Part shown: positions 31,884 to 40,960 of the stretch, piece after piece
Layout: each line of letters begins with the position of its first letter
How positions within the stretch are numbered: the first letter of the stretch is position 1
Source of the DNA: Kangiellaceae bacterium
GTDB taxonomy: Bacteria; Pseudomonadota; Gammaproteobacteria; Enterobacterales; Kangiellaceae
NCBI GenBank assembly: GCA_039969155.1
Contig: JBDVOJ010000112.1
Coordinates: forward strand, 3,859-67,858
DNA: 64,000 nt
Direction of reading: 5' to 3'
Translations under genes and position numbers: made by a program
Notes under the pieces: model-generated
What the model saw: the letters and a program-made list of their open reading frames with translations, nothing else
What the model was told of the DNA's origin: nothing
The model's database searches: none

Positions 31884-32255
31884 ATGAAAGCCACAGGTTC
31901 ATTCGATATTACCCTCGAACCACAAGCTGGAGAGTCTTACCCGGTCGGTAGAATGCAAATTGATAAAACCTACACTGGTGATCTGGTCGGAACGGGGACA
32001 GGCCAAATGATCAGTAAAAGAACAGAAACTGGCGATGCAGTATACTCAGCAATAGAAGAATTCGAAGGCTCAATTCAAGGAAAATCGGGTGGTTGCACTT
32101 TTTTTCATATTGGGCGGATGTCTACTGCAGAGCAAACACTCGATATCACCATAGTGTCAGGTTCTGGTACGGGCGAATTGGTTGGAATTGAAGGGCAGTT
32201 ATCTATCAACCAAGAACAAGGTTCGCATCACTATGAATTAGAATACACTTTATGA
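31884..32255 (+). CDS. DUF3224-like small beta-barrel protein
   Basis: 123 aa. The opening MKATGSFDITLEPQ... and the pattern ...G.G.M......G...Y.A.E.F.G...G..G are typical of DUF3224 (from memory). Confidence 0.5.
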   Translation: MKATGSFDITLEPQAGESYPVGRMQIDKTYTGDLVGTGTGQMISKRTETGDAVYSAIEEFEGSIQGKSGGCTFFHIGRMSTAEQTLDITIVSGSGTGELVGIEGQLSINQEQGSHHYELEYTL

Positions 32256-32300
32256 AATAGCTTAGTACAGGATGTTACTCTATCACCATTACATTTTTAC

Positions 32301-33206
32301 TTGGAGGACCTACTAATGTCACAAGAATTAAACAGCGAAATTCCTAAAGAAGCTTTTGATTGGTACGACGAATATGCACACGGCGGCATGGATAGGCGGA
32401 CCTTTATGAAAAAGCTTGGTAGTCTGGCAGCGGTCGGATATTCGATGTCCGTATTAACTTCTGCGTTATTACCTAATTATGCCTTAGCGGAACAAGTTTC
32501 TTTTAACGACGCTGATATTAAAGCGGCTTATGAGAATTTTGACTCACCCGAAGGACATGGTCAAGGACAGGGCTACTTAGTTACCCCGACTACGGCTAGC
32601 GATCATTTTCCGGTGGTTCTAGTCATTCACGAAAATAGGGGGCTAAACCCCTATATTAAAGACGTAGCCAGGCGACTGGCAAAAGCGGGTTATATGGCTT
32701 TTGCCCCTGACGCTCTCTATCCTTTGGGTGGTTACCCAGGTAATGATGATCAAGGTCGTTCGATGCAACGCTCAATGGACCGCGCAAAAATTCAGCATGA
32801 TTTTGTTGCAGCGGCTAAGTTTCTTAAGATGCATAAACGTAGCAACGGAAAACTCGGTGCCGTCGGTTTTTGCTTTGGTGGATATATCGTTAATTATTTA
32901 GCGGCTGTTGATTCAACATTATTATCCGCAGGCGTGCCATTCTATGGAACACCCGCAACCAAAGAGTTAAGAAAAAATATCAAGTCCTCGCTATTGATTC
33001 AACTTGGCGAATTAGATGAGAGAGTGAATAAATCTTGGCCTGAATATCAAAATGATTTGGAAGCAGCTGGCGTCGATTTCAAAATGCATATGTACAAGAA
33101 CGCCAAGCACGGATTTCACAATGACTCTACTGGGCGTTACGATAAAGAAAATGCCGAACTAGCTTGGCAACGTACGTTAGATTTTTTCAAACAAAAATTA
33201 ACTTAG
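32301..33206 (+). CDS. dienelactone hydrolase family protein with a Tat signal
   Basis: It has a twin-arginine leader (DRRTFMKKLGSLAA), VIHENRGLNPYIKDVARRLA, the nucleophile motif GFCFGG and a C-terminal H in KHGFHND. Confidence 0.85.
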   Translation: MEDLLMSQELNSEIPKEAFDWYDEYAHGGMDRRTFMKKLGSLAAVGYSMSVLTSALLPNYALAEQVSFNDADIKAAYENFDSPEGHGQGQGYLVTPTTASDHFPVVLVIHENRGLNPYIKDVARRLAKAGYMAFAPDALYPLGGYPGNDDQGRSMQRSMDRAKIQHDFVAAAKFLKMHKRSNGKLGAVGFCFGGYIVNYLAAVDSTLLSAGVPFYGTPATKELRKNIKSSLLIQLGELDERVNKSWPEYQNDLEAAGVDFKMHMYKNAKHGFHNDSTGRYDKENAELAWQRTLDFFKQKLT

Positions 33207-33242
33207 TCATTATATTTTCAAACAGGAAAAGAAGATTAAACA

Positions 33243-34049
33243 ATGCCAATAAGACAATACTATCACCACCAAAACGTTGAAGGTTGCAAAGTTGGCCGAT
33301 TTAATATGGGGATCAATACTCAGTTTATTGTCTATCGAATTGGTGATACCGTGATTGACACCGGCCCGAGTAATCAATGGCGACACGTAAAGAAATTCTT
33401 ATCGCAAGCCCCGGTTAAACAGCTTCTCCTGACCCATCATCATGAAGACCATAGCGGAAATGCTCAACGGATCGCTAACCGCTTCAATCTAATACCTAGA
33501 GCACCGGCACTTTCTCAAGCAAAATTATCGACAGGATATCGCACACCATTAATTCAAAAAATAATATGGGGTAGTCCTAGGAAAACAAAGTCAAATGCTA
33601 TTGATGAAACTGAGTATTTAAGTGACGGGAGTCCAGTTATTCCAATTCATACTCCTGGACATGCTAAAGATTTAACTTGCTACCTTCTTCCCAAACAAGG
33701 CTATTTCTTTAGTGGTGATCTGTATATCGCTAGAAACTTAAAGTTGTTGAGAAGTGACGAGAATTTGCCATTATTGGTTGATAGTTTGCGAAAGGCGATA
33801 AAATTAGACTTCGAGACTTTGTTTTGCCCGCACGGTGGTATCTTTGAAAATGGCAAAGAAATGCTAACCACCAAACTTAACAATATCTTAGGACTTTGTG
33901 AGAAAGCTCAAAAACTTGAGCAGCAAGGTATCGATCTCAGTGAAATAGCACTAAAACTGCTGGGTCCGGAGGACATGGTCGGTAAACTATCTGGTGGCAA
34001 TTTTAGTAAAATGAATCTAATTAAACAGTGCAGCCAAGTTAAGCTATAA
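33243..34049 (+). CDS. MBL-fold metallo-hydrolase
   Basis: It has the HHHEDHSGN (HxHxDH) motif and a later HTPGH. Confidence 0.85.
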   Translation: MPIRQYYHHQNVEGCKVGRFNMGINTQFIVYRIGDTVIDTGPSNQWRHVKKFLSQAPVKQLLLTHHHEDHSGNAQRIANRFNLIPRAPALSQAKLSTGYRTPLIQKIIWGSPRKTKSNAIDETEYLSDGSPVIPIHTPGHAKDLTCYLLPKQGYFFSGDLYIARNLKLLRSDENLPLLVDSLRKAIKLDFETLFCPHGGIFENGKEMLTTKLNNILGLCEKAQKLEQQGIDLSEIALKLLGPEDMVGKLSGGNFSKMNLIKQCSQVKL

Positions 34050-34070
34050 TTTGGCTATTCATACAATCAC

Positions 34071-34418
34071 TTGGAAAAAACTTTGTCGACACCTGTTTTA
34101 GAAACACTCTCCGATTTAGCAACCGAAGCACACACCCGTATTCAACAAGACTTTGCCAACATTAATCCGGTGGTTGGCATCAGTCAAAGTATGCGCAAAA
34201 GCGGCTTTCCAGCAGACGCAATGACTATCGACTGCCTAAAAACTAATCGCCGCATTATTATCATCTTACATGATGAGAACCCTGATATTCTTCAATATCA
34301 ATTTGCTCGTCGAGATGCGGATCCAAGCGATGACTTTAAAGTCTTAGAATTTGATAAACTAACCGCTCAAATTTTGTACGATTGGATCGCTAGTTACTTT
34401 TCAGATAAAAGTAACTAG
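34071..34418 (+). CDS. hypothetical protein
   Basis: 115-aa ORF with a non-ATG (TTG) start in the track. I recognise no motif. Confidence 0.35.
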   Translation: MEKTLSTPVLETLSDLATEAHTRIQQDFANINPVVGISQSMRKSGFPADAMTIDCLKTNRRIIIILHDENPDILQYQFARRDADPSDDFKVLEFDKLTAQILYDWIASYFSDKSN

Positions 34419-34447
34419 CGATTTGTGGGAATCAGTTTGAATATTTT

Positions 34448-35809
34448 CTAGCTTGCGTAACTGTTAAGTTCGGCTAATTGTTGCGCTTTCTCTTTTTCCT
34501 TCTTAGCGTATTTAATCCATTGCTCTGCAATTCGCCTTTGTTGTTTCTTGTCAGTTGCTTTAGAGAAACTGGCAATCGCTTGGTCGAACTGCTTCAGATT
34601 AAAGTGAGCAATTCCTAGAATTACGTCAAGATTACCAGGTCGATCAAGGTTACCTTTTTGCTTAGCCGTATTAGCCGAATCGATTGCTGACTGCCATTGT
34701 TCCAGTTCAATCAAAGCTTCTGCCAAACGTGCATCCAAATTGCCGCTTTTACTCAGGTTGGCCGCTCGTCGTAAAACCGGAACCGCCTTTTCAGTTTCCT
34801 TGGCGCTTAACCATGCTTGCGCTAGATAGTTTAAGATTTTAACGTTTTCTAACACAATGCCATCTTCAATACTTTTACTCAGTAATTTCGCTGCTTTGTA
34901 AGGTGCTCCGCTTTCATAATAGAGTTGGGACAATGTTTGAAGGTCGATCTTCTTAGTCACAAAACCCTGTTGATAAGCGGCTTCCATCACAGATAGTTGT
35001 TTTTCTGGTTGTTCGGTTTCCCCATACATATTGGCTAGATCAATCCAATAATTAGCCTTCGAATAGTAACGTACTAGCTGCTCAGAGACTTCAGTCACCT
35101 TAGCGGTTTGTTTTAATTCGTAGTGTAATGCTCTTTTTAGAACCAACCAGTTTTCTTTAGGAACATCGCCTTTCTGGAAAGCTTGTGCCACCACTTGACT
35201 GATCGATTTTTCCGCCTCAATGTAATTTTTCATCGCATAGAAAGCATTGGCTTTTAACACTAACGCATTGCTATTTAGCTCGCCTTTAACAACTTGCCAC
35301 TGGTTGAGGTAATCGATGGTTTTGTTATAGTTCTCAGATGCCATATTTAATTGTGCAAGACTAAACAAGGTCGACAGCTCTAAGGACTCGGGAATATTTT
35401 TTTGCTCCACAACCTTTTCAAATGATTTTATTGCAGCCGCTGAATCATTCTTGCCATAATAAATAAAGCCATAAAAATTCCACAGCATCGCTTTTTCATA
35501 AGAGTTGATTTGATCTATTCGGGTCTTGACGCGATCGAGTACCGCTAATCCCTCGTTCACTTGACCTTCATCAGCTAATTTTTGCGCCCGTGCAAGTTGG
35601 CTATAAACACGCTCTCGCATCGCTGGCGTCTTGCGTGTTTTGCGTTTCTTTGAGCTGTCTTCTGCCGCATAGATCTTTGAACCAATGGTTATCGAGAAGC
35701 TCGAGGATTGGCTACCAATATTTAGATTCAATCCAATATACAGTAACGTAAATAGAGCGCTAGTTTTGAATATTTGACTCAATATTTTCATGGCGTATTT
35801 CTCCAACAA
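34448..35809 (-). CDS. TPR-repeat protein, last gene of the TonB2-type cluster (TtpD-like)
   Basis: 453 aa with a signal/anchor and multiple TPR repeats. Its position after tonB matches the Vibrio TonB2 system. Confidence 0.7.
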   Translation of the reverse strand: MLEKYAMKILSQIFKTSALFTLLYIGLNLNIGSQSSSFSITIGSKIYAAEDSSKKRKTRKTPAMRERVYSQLARAQKLADEGQVNEGLAVLDRVKTRIDQINSYEKAMLWNFYGFIYYGKNDSAAAIKSFEKVVEQKNIPESLELSTLFSLAQLNMASENYNKTIDYLNQWQVVKGELNSNALVLKANAFYAMKNYIEAEKSISQVVAQAFQKGDVPKENWLVLKRALHYELKQTAKVTEVSEQLVRYYSKANYWIDLANMYGETEQPEKQLSVMEAAYQQGFVTKKIDLQTLSQLYYESGAPYKAAKLLSKSIEDGIVLENVKILNYLAQAWLSAKETEKAVPVLRRAANLSKSGNLDARLAEALIELEQWQSAIDSANTAKQKGNLDRPGNLDVILGIAHFNLKQFDQAIASFSKATDKKQQRRIAEQWIKYAKKEKEKAQQLAELNSYAS

Positions 35810-35849
35810 AAGGGGGTATCTCTTTTAGTGACAGCTTTTTAGGTCACAG

Positions 35850-36455
35850 TTAGTTCATTTTAAATGTGATTTTATTTTGTACACCAGCAACTTCAGTTGC
35901 TTGACCGTCAATGACTCTTGGTTTGTATTTAAATTTTAATGCCGCTTCTTTAGCGGCTTGGTCGAAAATACCTTGCGGTTGAGCATCTACGACTATCGGA
36001 TCTCTGACGCTTCCATTTTTGGTCACTACAAATTCAACAATCACATAACCTTCTATGCCTCGAGACAGAGCTCTTCGTGGATAAATCGGAGCAACTTTCA
36101 CTATCGGTAAATACTCTCCATCTCCCGACTCTAACGCGAGCCCAGAGGACAAATTGGTATCTGCTGCAACATCAGCGGAAAAGCCAATTTGACCGATATC
36201 TGCCACAAGATCTTGCGATTCCATTGGCGGTTGTTCTATCGGTGGCGGCTCGTCTTCTGGTTTTGGTGGCTTTTTGGGTTTGCGTTTTTTGGTTTGTACG
36301 TTTTCGTCTTTCTTAAGCCGAACAAAATCAATCACTCGACCTTGAGGCCCTTCTTCTAACCCATTATCATCATTAATAATTAAGTAACGCATGCCTAGGA
36401 AGAGTCCAGCGGTTATAACAAACGCAAGTAACACAGCGTAAATGTAGCGACTCAT
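35850..36455 (-). CDS. tonB: energy transducer TonB
   Basis: It has an N-terminal TM segment, a Pro/Lys-rich spacer (KKRKPKKPPKPEDEPPPIEQPP) and a C-terminal TonB domain (YPRRALSRGIEGYVIVEFVVTKNGSV). Confidence 0.9.
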   Translation of the reverse strand: MSRYIYAVLLAFVITAGLFLGMRYLIINDDNGLEEGPQGRVIDFVRLKKDENVQTKKRKPKKPPKPEDEPPPIEQPPMESQDLVADIGQIGFSADVAADTNLSSGLALESGDGEYLPIVKVAPIYPRRALSRGIEGYVIVEFVVTKNGSVRDPIVVDAQPQGIFDQAAKEAALKFKYKPRVIDGQATEVAGVQNKITFKMN

Positions 36456-36458
36456 CAG

Positions 36459-36869
36459 TTACATCTCTTTAGCGGCAATGGATACGTCATAAACTCCAGC
36501 AGAGCGCGCTCCGTCCATTACTTTAATCAAAACATCTGTAGTGGCTTTTTTATCAGCCTGAACTACAACAGTTGCTTGCGGGTTTTCTGCGTGTAATCTT
36601 GCAACATTAGCTTCAACCGCTCGAACATCAATTCGACGTTTGTTAATCCATACTTCGCCCTTTTCGTTAATGGCGATTAAAATACCTGCGCGATCTTTCT
36701 GTACCGCAGTTGCCGCTTCTGGGCGATTAACATCAATTCCTGCTTCTCGCACAAAAGACGCAGTCACAATAAAAAAGATCAACATAATAAATACAACATC
36801 CAACATAGGTGTCATATTAATTTCAGACTCTTCTTCATCTTCTAATAATTTTGCAAACGGTGCTCTCAT
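36459..36869 (-). CDS. exbD: biopolymer transport protein ExbD/TolR
   Basis: 136 aa with the motif INMTPMLDVVFIMLIFFIV. Confidence 0.9.
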   Translation of the reverse strand: MRAPFAKLLEDEEESEINMTPMLDVVFIMLIFFIVTASFVREAGIDVNRPEAATAVQKDRAGILIAINEKGEVWINKRRIDVRAVEANVARLHAENPQATVVVQADKKATTDVLIKVMDGARSAGVYDVSIAAKEM

Positions 36870-36926
36870 CGCACGCTACCTCTTAAAATATTTGGCTTAT
36901 CTAACTAAACCACTCTCGACGTTTGT

Positions 36927-37454
36927 TTAATGGTCAAGTAGCAGTTTATCTTCCATTAATTCTGTTTCTTTCTTGGCGGTTCTTTTTAGCCAAGTCGAAG
37001 CGAAAACGCCTGACAAAGCCCCGACCATACCCGCCATTGTTGGAATGGTTGCCTTGGACACTCCGGACGCCATCGAACGAGCATTACTACTACCCGTAAC
37101 AGCCATCACATCAAACACTTCGATCATTCCTGTTACGGTACCTAACAGTCCCAACAACGGACAAAGTGCCACAAACGCTTGAATAGTTGGGAGCGACTGA
37201 TGAAGTGCCGCTTTAGTTCGCGAAATCATAGCGGTACGTATTTGTTCTGCATACCAAGAGTTTCTTTCAGAACGAGACATCCAAGTATCGATTACCGATT
37301 GACGATAATCACGATAGAAAAATCGAAGATAAATAAACCGTTCCAAAATTAGCATCCACATAATAAAAATGAGAATGCCAATATAATTTAGAACGACTCC
37401 TCCAGTCTCTAAGAACTCTCGGATCATCTCGATGTATTCGGTTAAAGTCGGCAC
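36927..37454 (-). CDS. exbB: MotA/TolQ/ExbB proton-channel protein (small form)
   Basis: 175 aa with 3 TM segments and the motif CPLLGLLGTVTGMIEVF. Confidence 0.88.
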   Translation of the reverse strand: MPTLTEYIEMIREFLETGGVVLNYIGILIFIMWMLILERFIYLRFFYRDYRQSVIDTWMSRSERNSWYAEQIRTAMISRTKAALHQSLPTIQAFVALCPLLGLLGTVTGMIEVFDVMAVTGSSNARSMASGVSKATIPTMAGMVGALSGVFASTWLKRTAKKETELMEDKLLLDH

Positions 37455-37456
37455 GC

Positions 37457-38839
37457 TTATGCTTCCTGCTCTGCTCGTTCAGCAATCACACCAGCAGCCT
37501 GCTCTTGCAGAACATGTAAGATGCTTTTACTGCGAGTATTTAGCCAGGTAAACAACATAACCGTAGGGATAGCTACCACCAGACCTAACACTGTTGTTAC
37601 TAAAGCCGTAGAAATACCGCCGGCCATCAACTTAGGGTCGCCGGTTCCGAAAAGAGTGATAGCCTGAAATGTCGTAATCATCCCGGTAACTGTTCCTAGT
37701 AGGCCTAGCAAAGGAGCAACTACCGAAATGATTTTGATAAAAGTGATACCTTTAGTTAGTTTCGGTAACTCTTTTAAAATTGCTTCACTCAACTTTAACT
37801 CTAACGTATCGGTCGCTACATCAGAATATTTCTCTTTAACTCTCAATACCCGGCCCAAGGGATTGTTATCATTCAGCTGATTCGACTTCAGTTGACGTTT
37901 AACTTTTTGTTCAGTTAAAAATAGCGCTACATATTGTTTAATCGCTATGACCAATGCGATAAGACCTAAAGATAAAATCACGTATCCAACCGGACCACCT
38001 TGGTCAACTCTTTCCATTTGGTCAGGAGCCTGAACTAACAAGCCCAAAATACTTCCGCCGGTTGGATCGAGAGCAAAAGCTGAAAAACCTTGTTCAGTAT
38101 TTTCTAAATCGACCACTGTATCAAGAAAGCGGCCGGTTGGCTGTCTGACGAGTTCAGCAATTGTATTAGTCGCGTTAAGCCACTCTAAGTAAACCCCATC
38201 AGAAACCAGATTAAATGTCCCTACTCGAGTAACAGGTTTCACTACTTTATTACCGTCAGCTAACGTGACTTCTTTTTCGAAGGTCTTTACTTTTCCTGAC
38301 TCCGACATCTCTCTGGTAAGCTCGTACCAAACTTGTTCAATTTCTTCGATAGAAGCTAGACTGGTTGACGAACCCATTTTTGCCGACAATTCATCAAGAA
38401 ATTTTTCTCGTCCAGGAATTTCCGCGGAAATAATACTGGTAGTGAACTTACCGCTAGTATCACCTGACACTTGTTGCAACACGCCAAAAAGTTCTTTTAA
38501 TGACCCAAGACGCTTATTTAAAGCGTCGTTAAGATCATTAATCTTTATTTCATTTTCTTCGAAGGCTGTTTCCAGCTTGTCGGAAATGGTAACTTGCTCA
38601 TCTCGAGCAGCCACTGCATTGGATAACAGTTTATCCTGCTGATCTTTTTGCTTGATAAAAACATTTTCACGTTGCTTGTTTTCTTGAGACTGCTGGTACT
38701 GACCTTTTTTTAACTTGGCTAACAAATCATCAATGTTAATTGCCTTTTCTTCTGCTGCTGAAGTAAAAGGCATGACCAACATCGCAGAAATTGCAAAGAT
38801 TACAGTCTGGATTCGATTGTTTTTAAGATTAAATTTCAT
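37457..38839 (-). CDS. large MotA/TolQ/ExbB-family protein with a periplasmic N-domain (TtpC-like)
   Basis: 460 aa with a signal peptide, a long coiled-coil/periplasmic region and a C-terminal ExbB-like channel (APLLGLLGTVTGMITTF). Confidence 0.8.
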   Translation of the reverse strand: MKFNLKNNRIQTVIFAISAMLVMPFTSAAEEKAINIDDLLAKLKKGQYQQSQENKQRENVFIKQKDQQDKLLSNAVAARDEQVTISDKLETAFEENEIKINDLNDALNKRLGSLKELFGVLQQVSGDTSGKFTTSIISAEIPGREKFLDELSAKMGSSTSLASIEEIEQVWYELTREMSESGKVKTFEKEVTLADGNKVVKPVTRVGTFNLVSDGVYLEWLNATNTIAELVRQPTGRFLDTVVDLENTEQGFSAFALDPTGGSILGLLVQAPDQMERVDQGGPVGYVILSLGLIALVIAIKQYVALFLTEQKVKRQLKSNQLNDNNPLGRVLRVKEKYSDVATDTLELKLSEAILKELPKLTKGITFIKIISVVAPLLGLLGTVTGMITTFQAITLFGTGDPKLMAGGISTALVTTVLGLVVAIPTVMLFTWLNTRSKSILHVLQEQAAGVIAERAEQEA

Positions 38840-38866
38840 AGCGATAATTCCTAGTTAGACCTATAT

Positions 38867-39628
38867 TTACTTAGCTTCAGCTGCGGCAATCGGAACAATG
38901 ATCATATCCGGCGCAAGTTGTTTTTTAGCCATTCTTAGGCCCTTACTAATTTGACTGCGATAGTTACTATCTAGTGGTTTCCACTCTTTCACTTTGTCAT
39001 CCCAGATTCCCATATTTTGTTTATCTCTGCTTTGAAAAACTAGCGCAACCCGTCCTATTCGTAAGTAGTTCACTTCTTGTTGCTGGCCATTAACTTCTGC
39101 ATTTCCGGCATAGGATTCTATGGTTCTGCCATAATCGACTTCCACTTGATAGGCTTCTAATACTCTTCTGAACTTTTCCGAAACAGCAACATCGGCTCTA
39201 TCCATCATTTCGTTCAATTGAGTTAGTCGGTTTTGTCGTTCTTCTGGAAGGAATGGAACATCAAGCTTCACAAATTCTTCTAACCCAGAAATCATGCGTA
39301 GCATTAGCGGTGTAATTTGTCTTTCAATGACCGTAACCTGATCCATTGATTCGGAAAGACGGGTCATTTCAAGTAGTTGATTTTCTATCTGGCGATTCAT
39401 TTGAGCGTTATAGATTTTTAAGCCATCAGTTTCTTTATTGACCGACTTGAATTGCTGTAACTTACTCTGAATCTCGTCGGCTAAACGATCGACTTTCTGT
39501 TGTGATTTAATCGCAGATTCATTGATTACTGCGCTGTTATCGACAACCACTTTTAATTCATCGGCTTCAACATAGCTATTCATCGCGAATAACAGTGATA
39601 CTAAAGTGAAGCTTTTTAATATATTCAT
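38867..39628 (-). CDS. DUF3450-like periplasmic coiled-coil protein (TtpB-like)
   Basis: 253 aa with a signal peptide and a coiled coil. It is the first gene of the six-gene TonB2-type arrangement. Confidence 0.7.
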   Translation of the reverse strand: MNILKSFTLVSLLFAMNSYVEADELKVVVDNSAVINESAIKSQQKVDRLADEIQSKLQQFKSVNKETDGLKIYNAQMNRQIENQLLEMTRLSESMDQVTVIERQITPLMLRMISGLEEFVKLDVPFLPEERQNRLTQLNEMMDRADVAVSEKFRRVLEAYQVEVDYGRTIESYAGNAEVNGQQQEVNYLRIGRVALVFQSRDKQNMGIWDDKVKEWKPLDSNYRSQISKGLRMAKKQLAPDMIIVPIAAAEAK

Positions 39629-39732
39629 GTAACTTTGACCTCAAATAAGGAATTCATAATTCGTGCTATATCGCCAAACAGTAAAGATTCAAACACGATC
39701 TGGGTAATAGGGCGCTAGTGTAGTGAGCTTAT

Positions 39733-39761
39733 GTGACAGATTTTTTACAGCTAGATGACAT
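39733..39761 (-). promoter_or_regulatory. three phased Pho-box half-sites upstream of the TonB2-type cluster
   Basis: The minus strand reads ATGTCAT-CTAG-CTGTAAA-AAAT-CTGTCAC, three 7-mers at exact 11-bp spacing. Confidence 0.7.
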
Positions 39762-39882
39762 GAAAGTTACTGGTGTAATATCAGTGAGTTAGCTTGAAAT
39801 GTTTCTAAGGTTGAATGAAGCAAAGCATGGTATTAGCTAAGAAGCTGGCGGAACGTATTAGACGTATTTTAATCTCAAATCG

Positions 39883-40935
39883 TATCGATAATGCTAGCAC
39901 TTCGCCTACGCTCAGTGAGCATTTAGTTTTAGAAAAAACCATGCACTTCCCGAAAGCCGGCTGAGCGCAGTCGAAGCCTTACGAACTCCAACTATATCGA
40001 TAATGCAGACACTTCGACTCCGCTCAGTGAACTTAATTTTTTAGAAAAGAACCGCACTCCCACACCAGCCGGCTGAGCGCAGTCGAAGCCTTACGAACTC
40101 CAACTATATCGATAATGTAGACACTTCGACTCCGCTGATTGAGCTTTAGTTTTTGGAGCCCTTTAGTCGTCGGATTTGATCACCATAATGAGATTCATTT
40201 TGACAACTTGCAGCCTTTTTTAGACGATTGAAATCCGAGTTAATGAGTGCCTGTTTCTTTTTCTTACTCCAACCTTGGAGTTGTTTCTCTCGATAAAAAG
40301 CTTCATCTATACGTTCGAATTCTTCTAGATACACAAGAGTGATTGGAAGTCTATGTTTTGTGTAACTTGCACCTAAACCAGACCGGTGTTGCCAGACTCG
40401 TAGGTCTATATTTTTGGTGCTTCCTATATAGTAGCTTTGGTCACTACAAAGAAGTATATAAGTGAATCCTTTCATGATGGTTTCCTTTCATTGCCGAAAA
40501 CGTCCTGTTTAAAGTTAGGATAACACAATAGAGGATTTTACATCTAGGAGGCAACACTTCGACTCCGCTCAGTGAGCATTTAGTTTTAGAAAAAAACCAT
40601 GCACTCCTTGCAAGCCGGCTGAGCGCAGTCGAAGCCTTACGATCTTCAAGCATACTGATAATGCAAACACTTCGACCACGCTCAGTGTGCTTTTAGTTTT
40701 AGAAGAAACCCTGCACTCCTTGCAAGCCGGCTGAGCGCAGTCGAAGCCTTACGATCTCCAACCATACTGATAATGCAAACACTTCGACTACGCTCAGTGT
40801 GCTTTTAGTTTTAGAAAAAACCTGCACTCCTTGCAAGCCGGCTGAGCGCAGTCGAAGCCTTACGATCTTCACCCACACCCATAAGGCTGACATTTCGACT
40901 CCGTAGTTCGACTCCGCTCACCACAGCGCTCAATG
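39883..40935. repeat. array of about 6.5 copies of a 112-113-bp unit, each containing a long imperfect palindrome
   Basis: Left arms (ACTTCGAC...) start at 39899, 40011, 40123, 40556, 40669 and 40781, with a partial one near 40893. Each unit has the form ACACTTCGACTCCGCTCAGTG-(about 45 nt)-GGCTGAGCGCAGTCGAAGCC. There are two linker subfamilies (left of the GIY-YIG gene and right of it). Confidence 0.9.
40146..40475 (-). CDS. small GIY-YIG (URI-domain) nuclease family protein
   Basis: 109 aa with the motifs FTYILLCSDQSYYIGSTKNIDLRVWQHRSG...EKQLQGWSKKKK (GIY...YIG...R...E..K pattern). Confidence 0.85.
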   Translation of the reverse strand: MKGFTYILLCSDQSYYIGSTKNIDLRVWQHRSGLGASYTKHRLPITLVYLEEFERIDEAFYREKQLQGWSKKKKQALINSDFNRLKKAASCQNESHYGDQIRRLKGSKN

Positions 40936-40960
40936 GACCTTTACTTTTTAAAAACAAAAG

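Noticed and set aside
40444-40893. Track ORFs 40444..40653 and 40699..40893 (69 and 64 aa)
   Set aside because: They lie entirely in the palindromic repeat units and translate into reiterated LRLRSAGLQGVQ-type peptides. They are artefacts of the repeat rather than genes.
39883-40935. Possible CRISPR array (regularly spaced repeats)
   Set aside because: The whole 112-bp unit is repeated, including the sequence between the palindrome arms. There are no unique spacers and no cas genes, and the repeat is far longer than CRISPR repeats.
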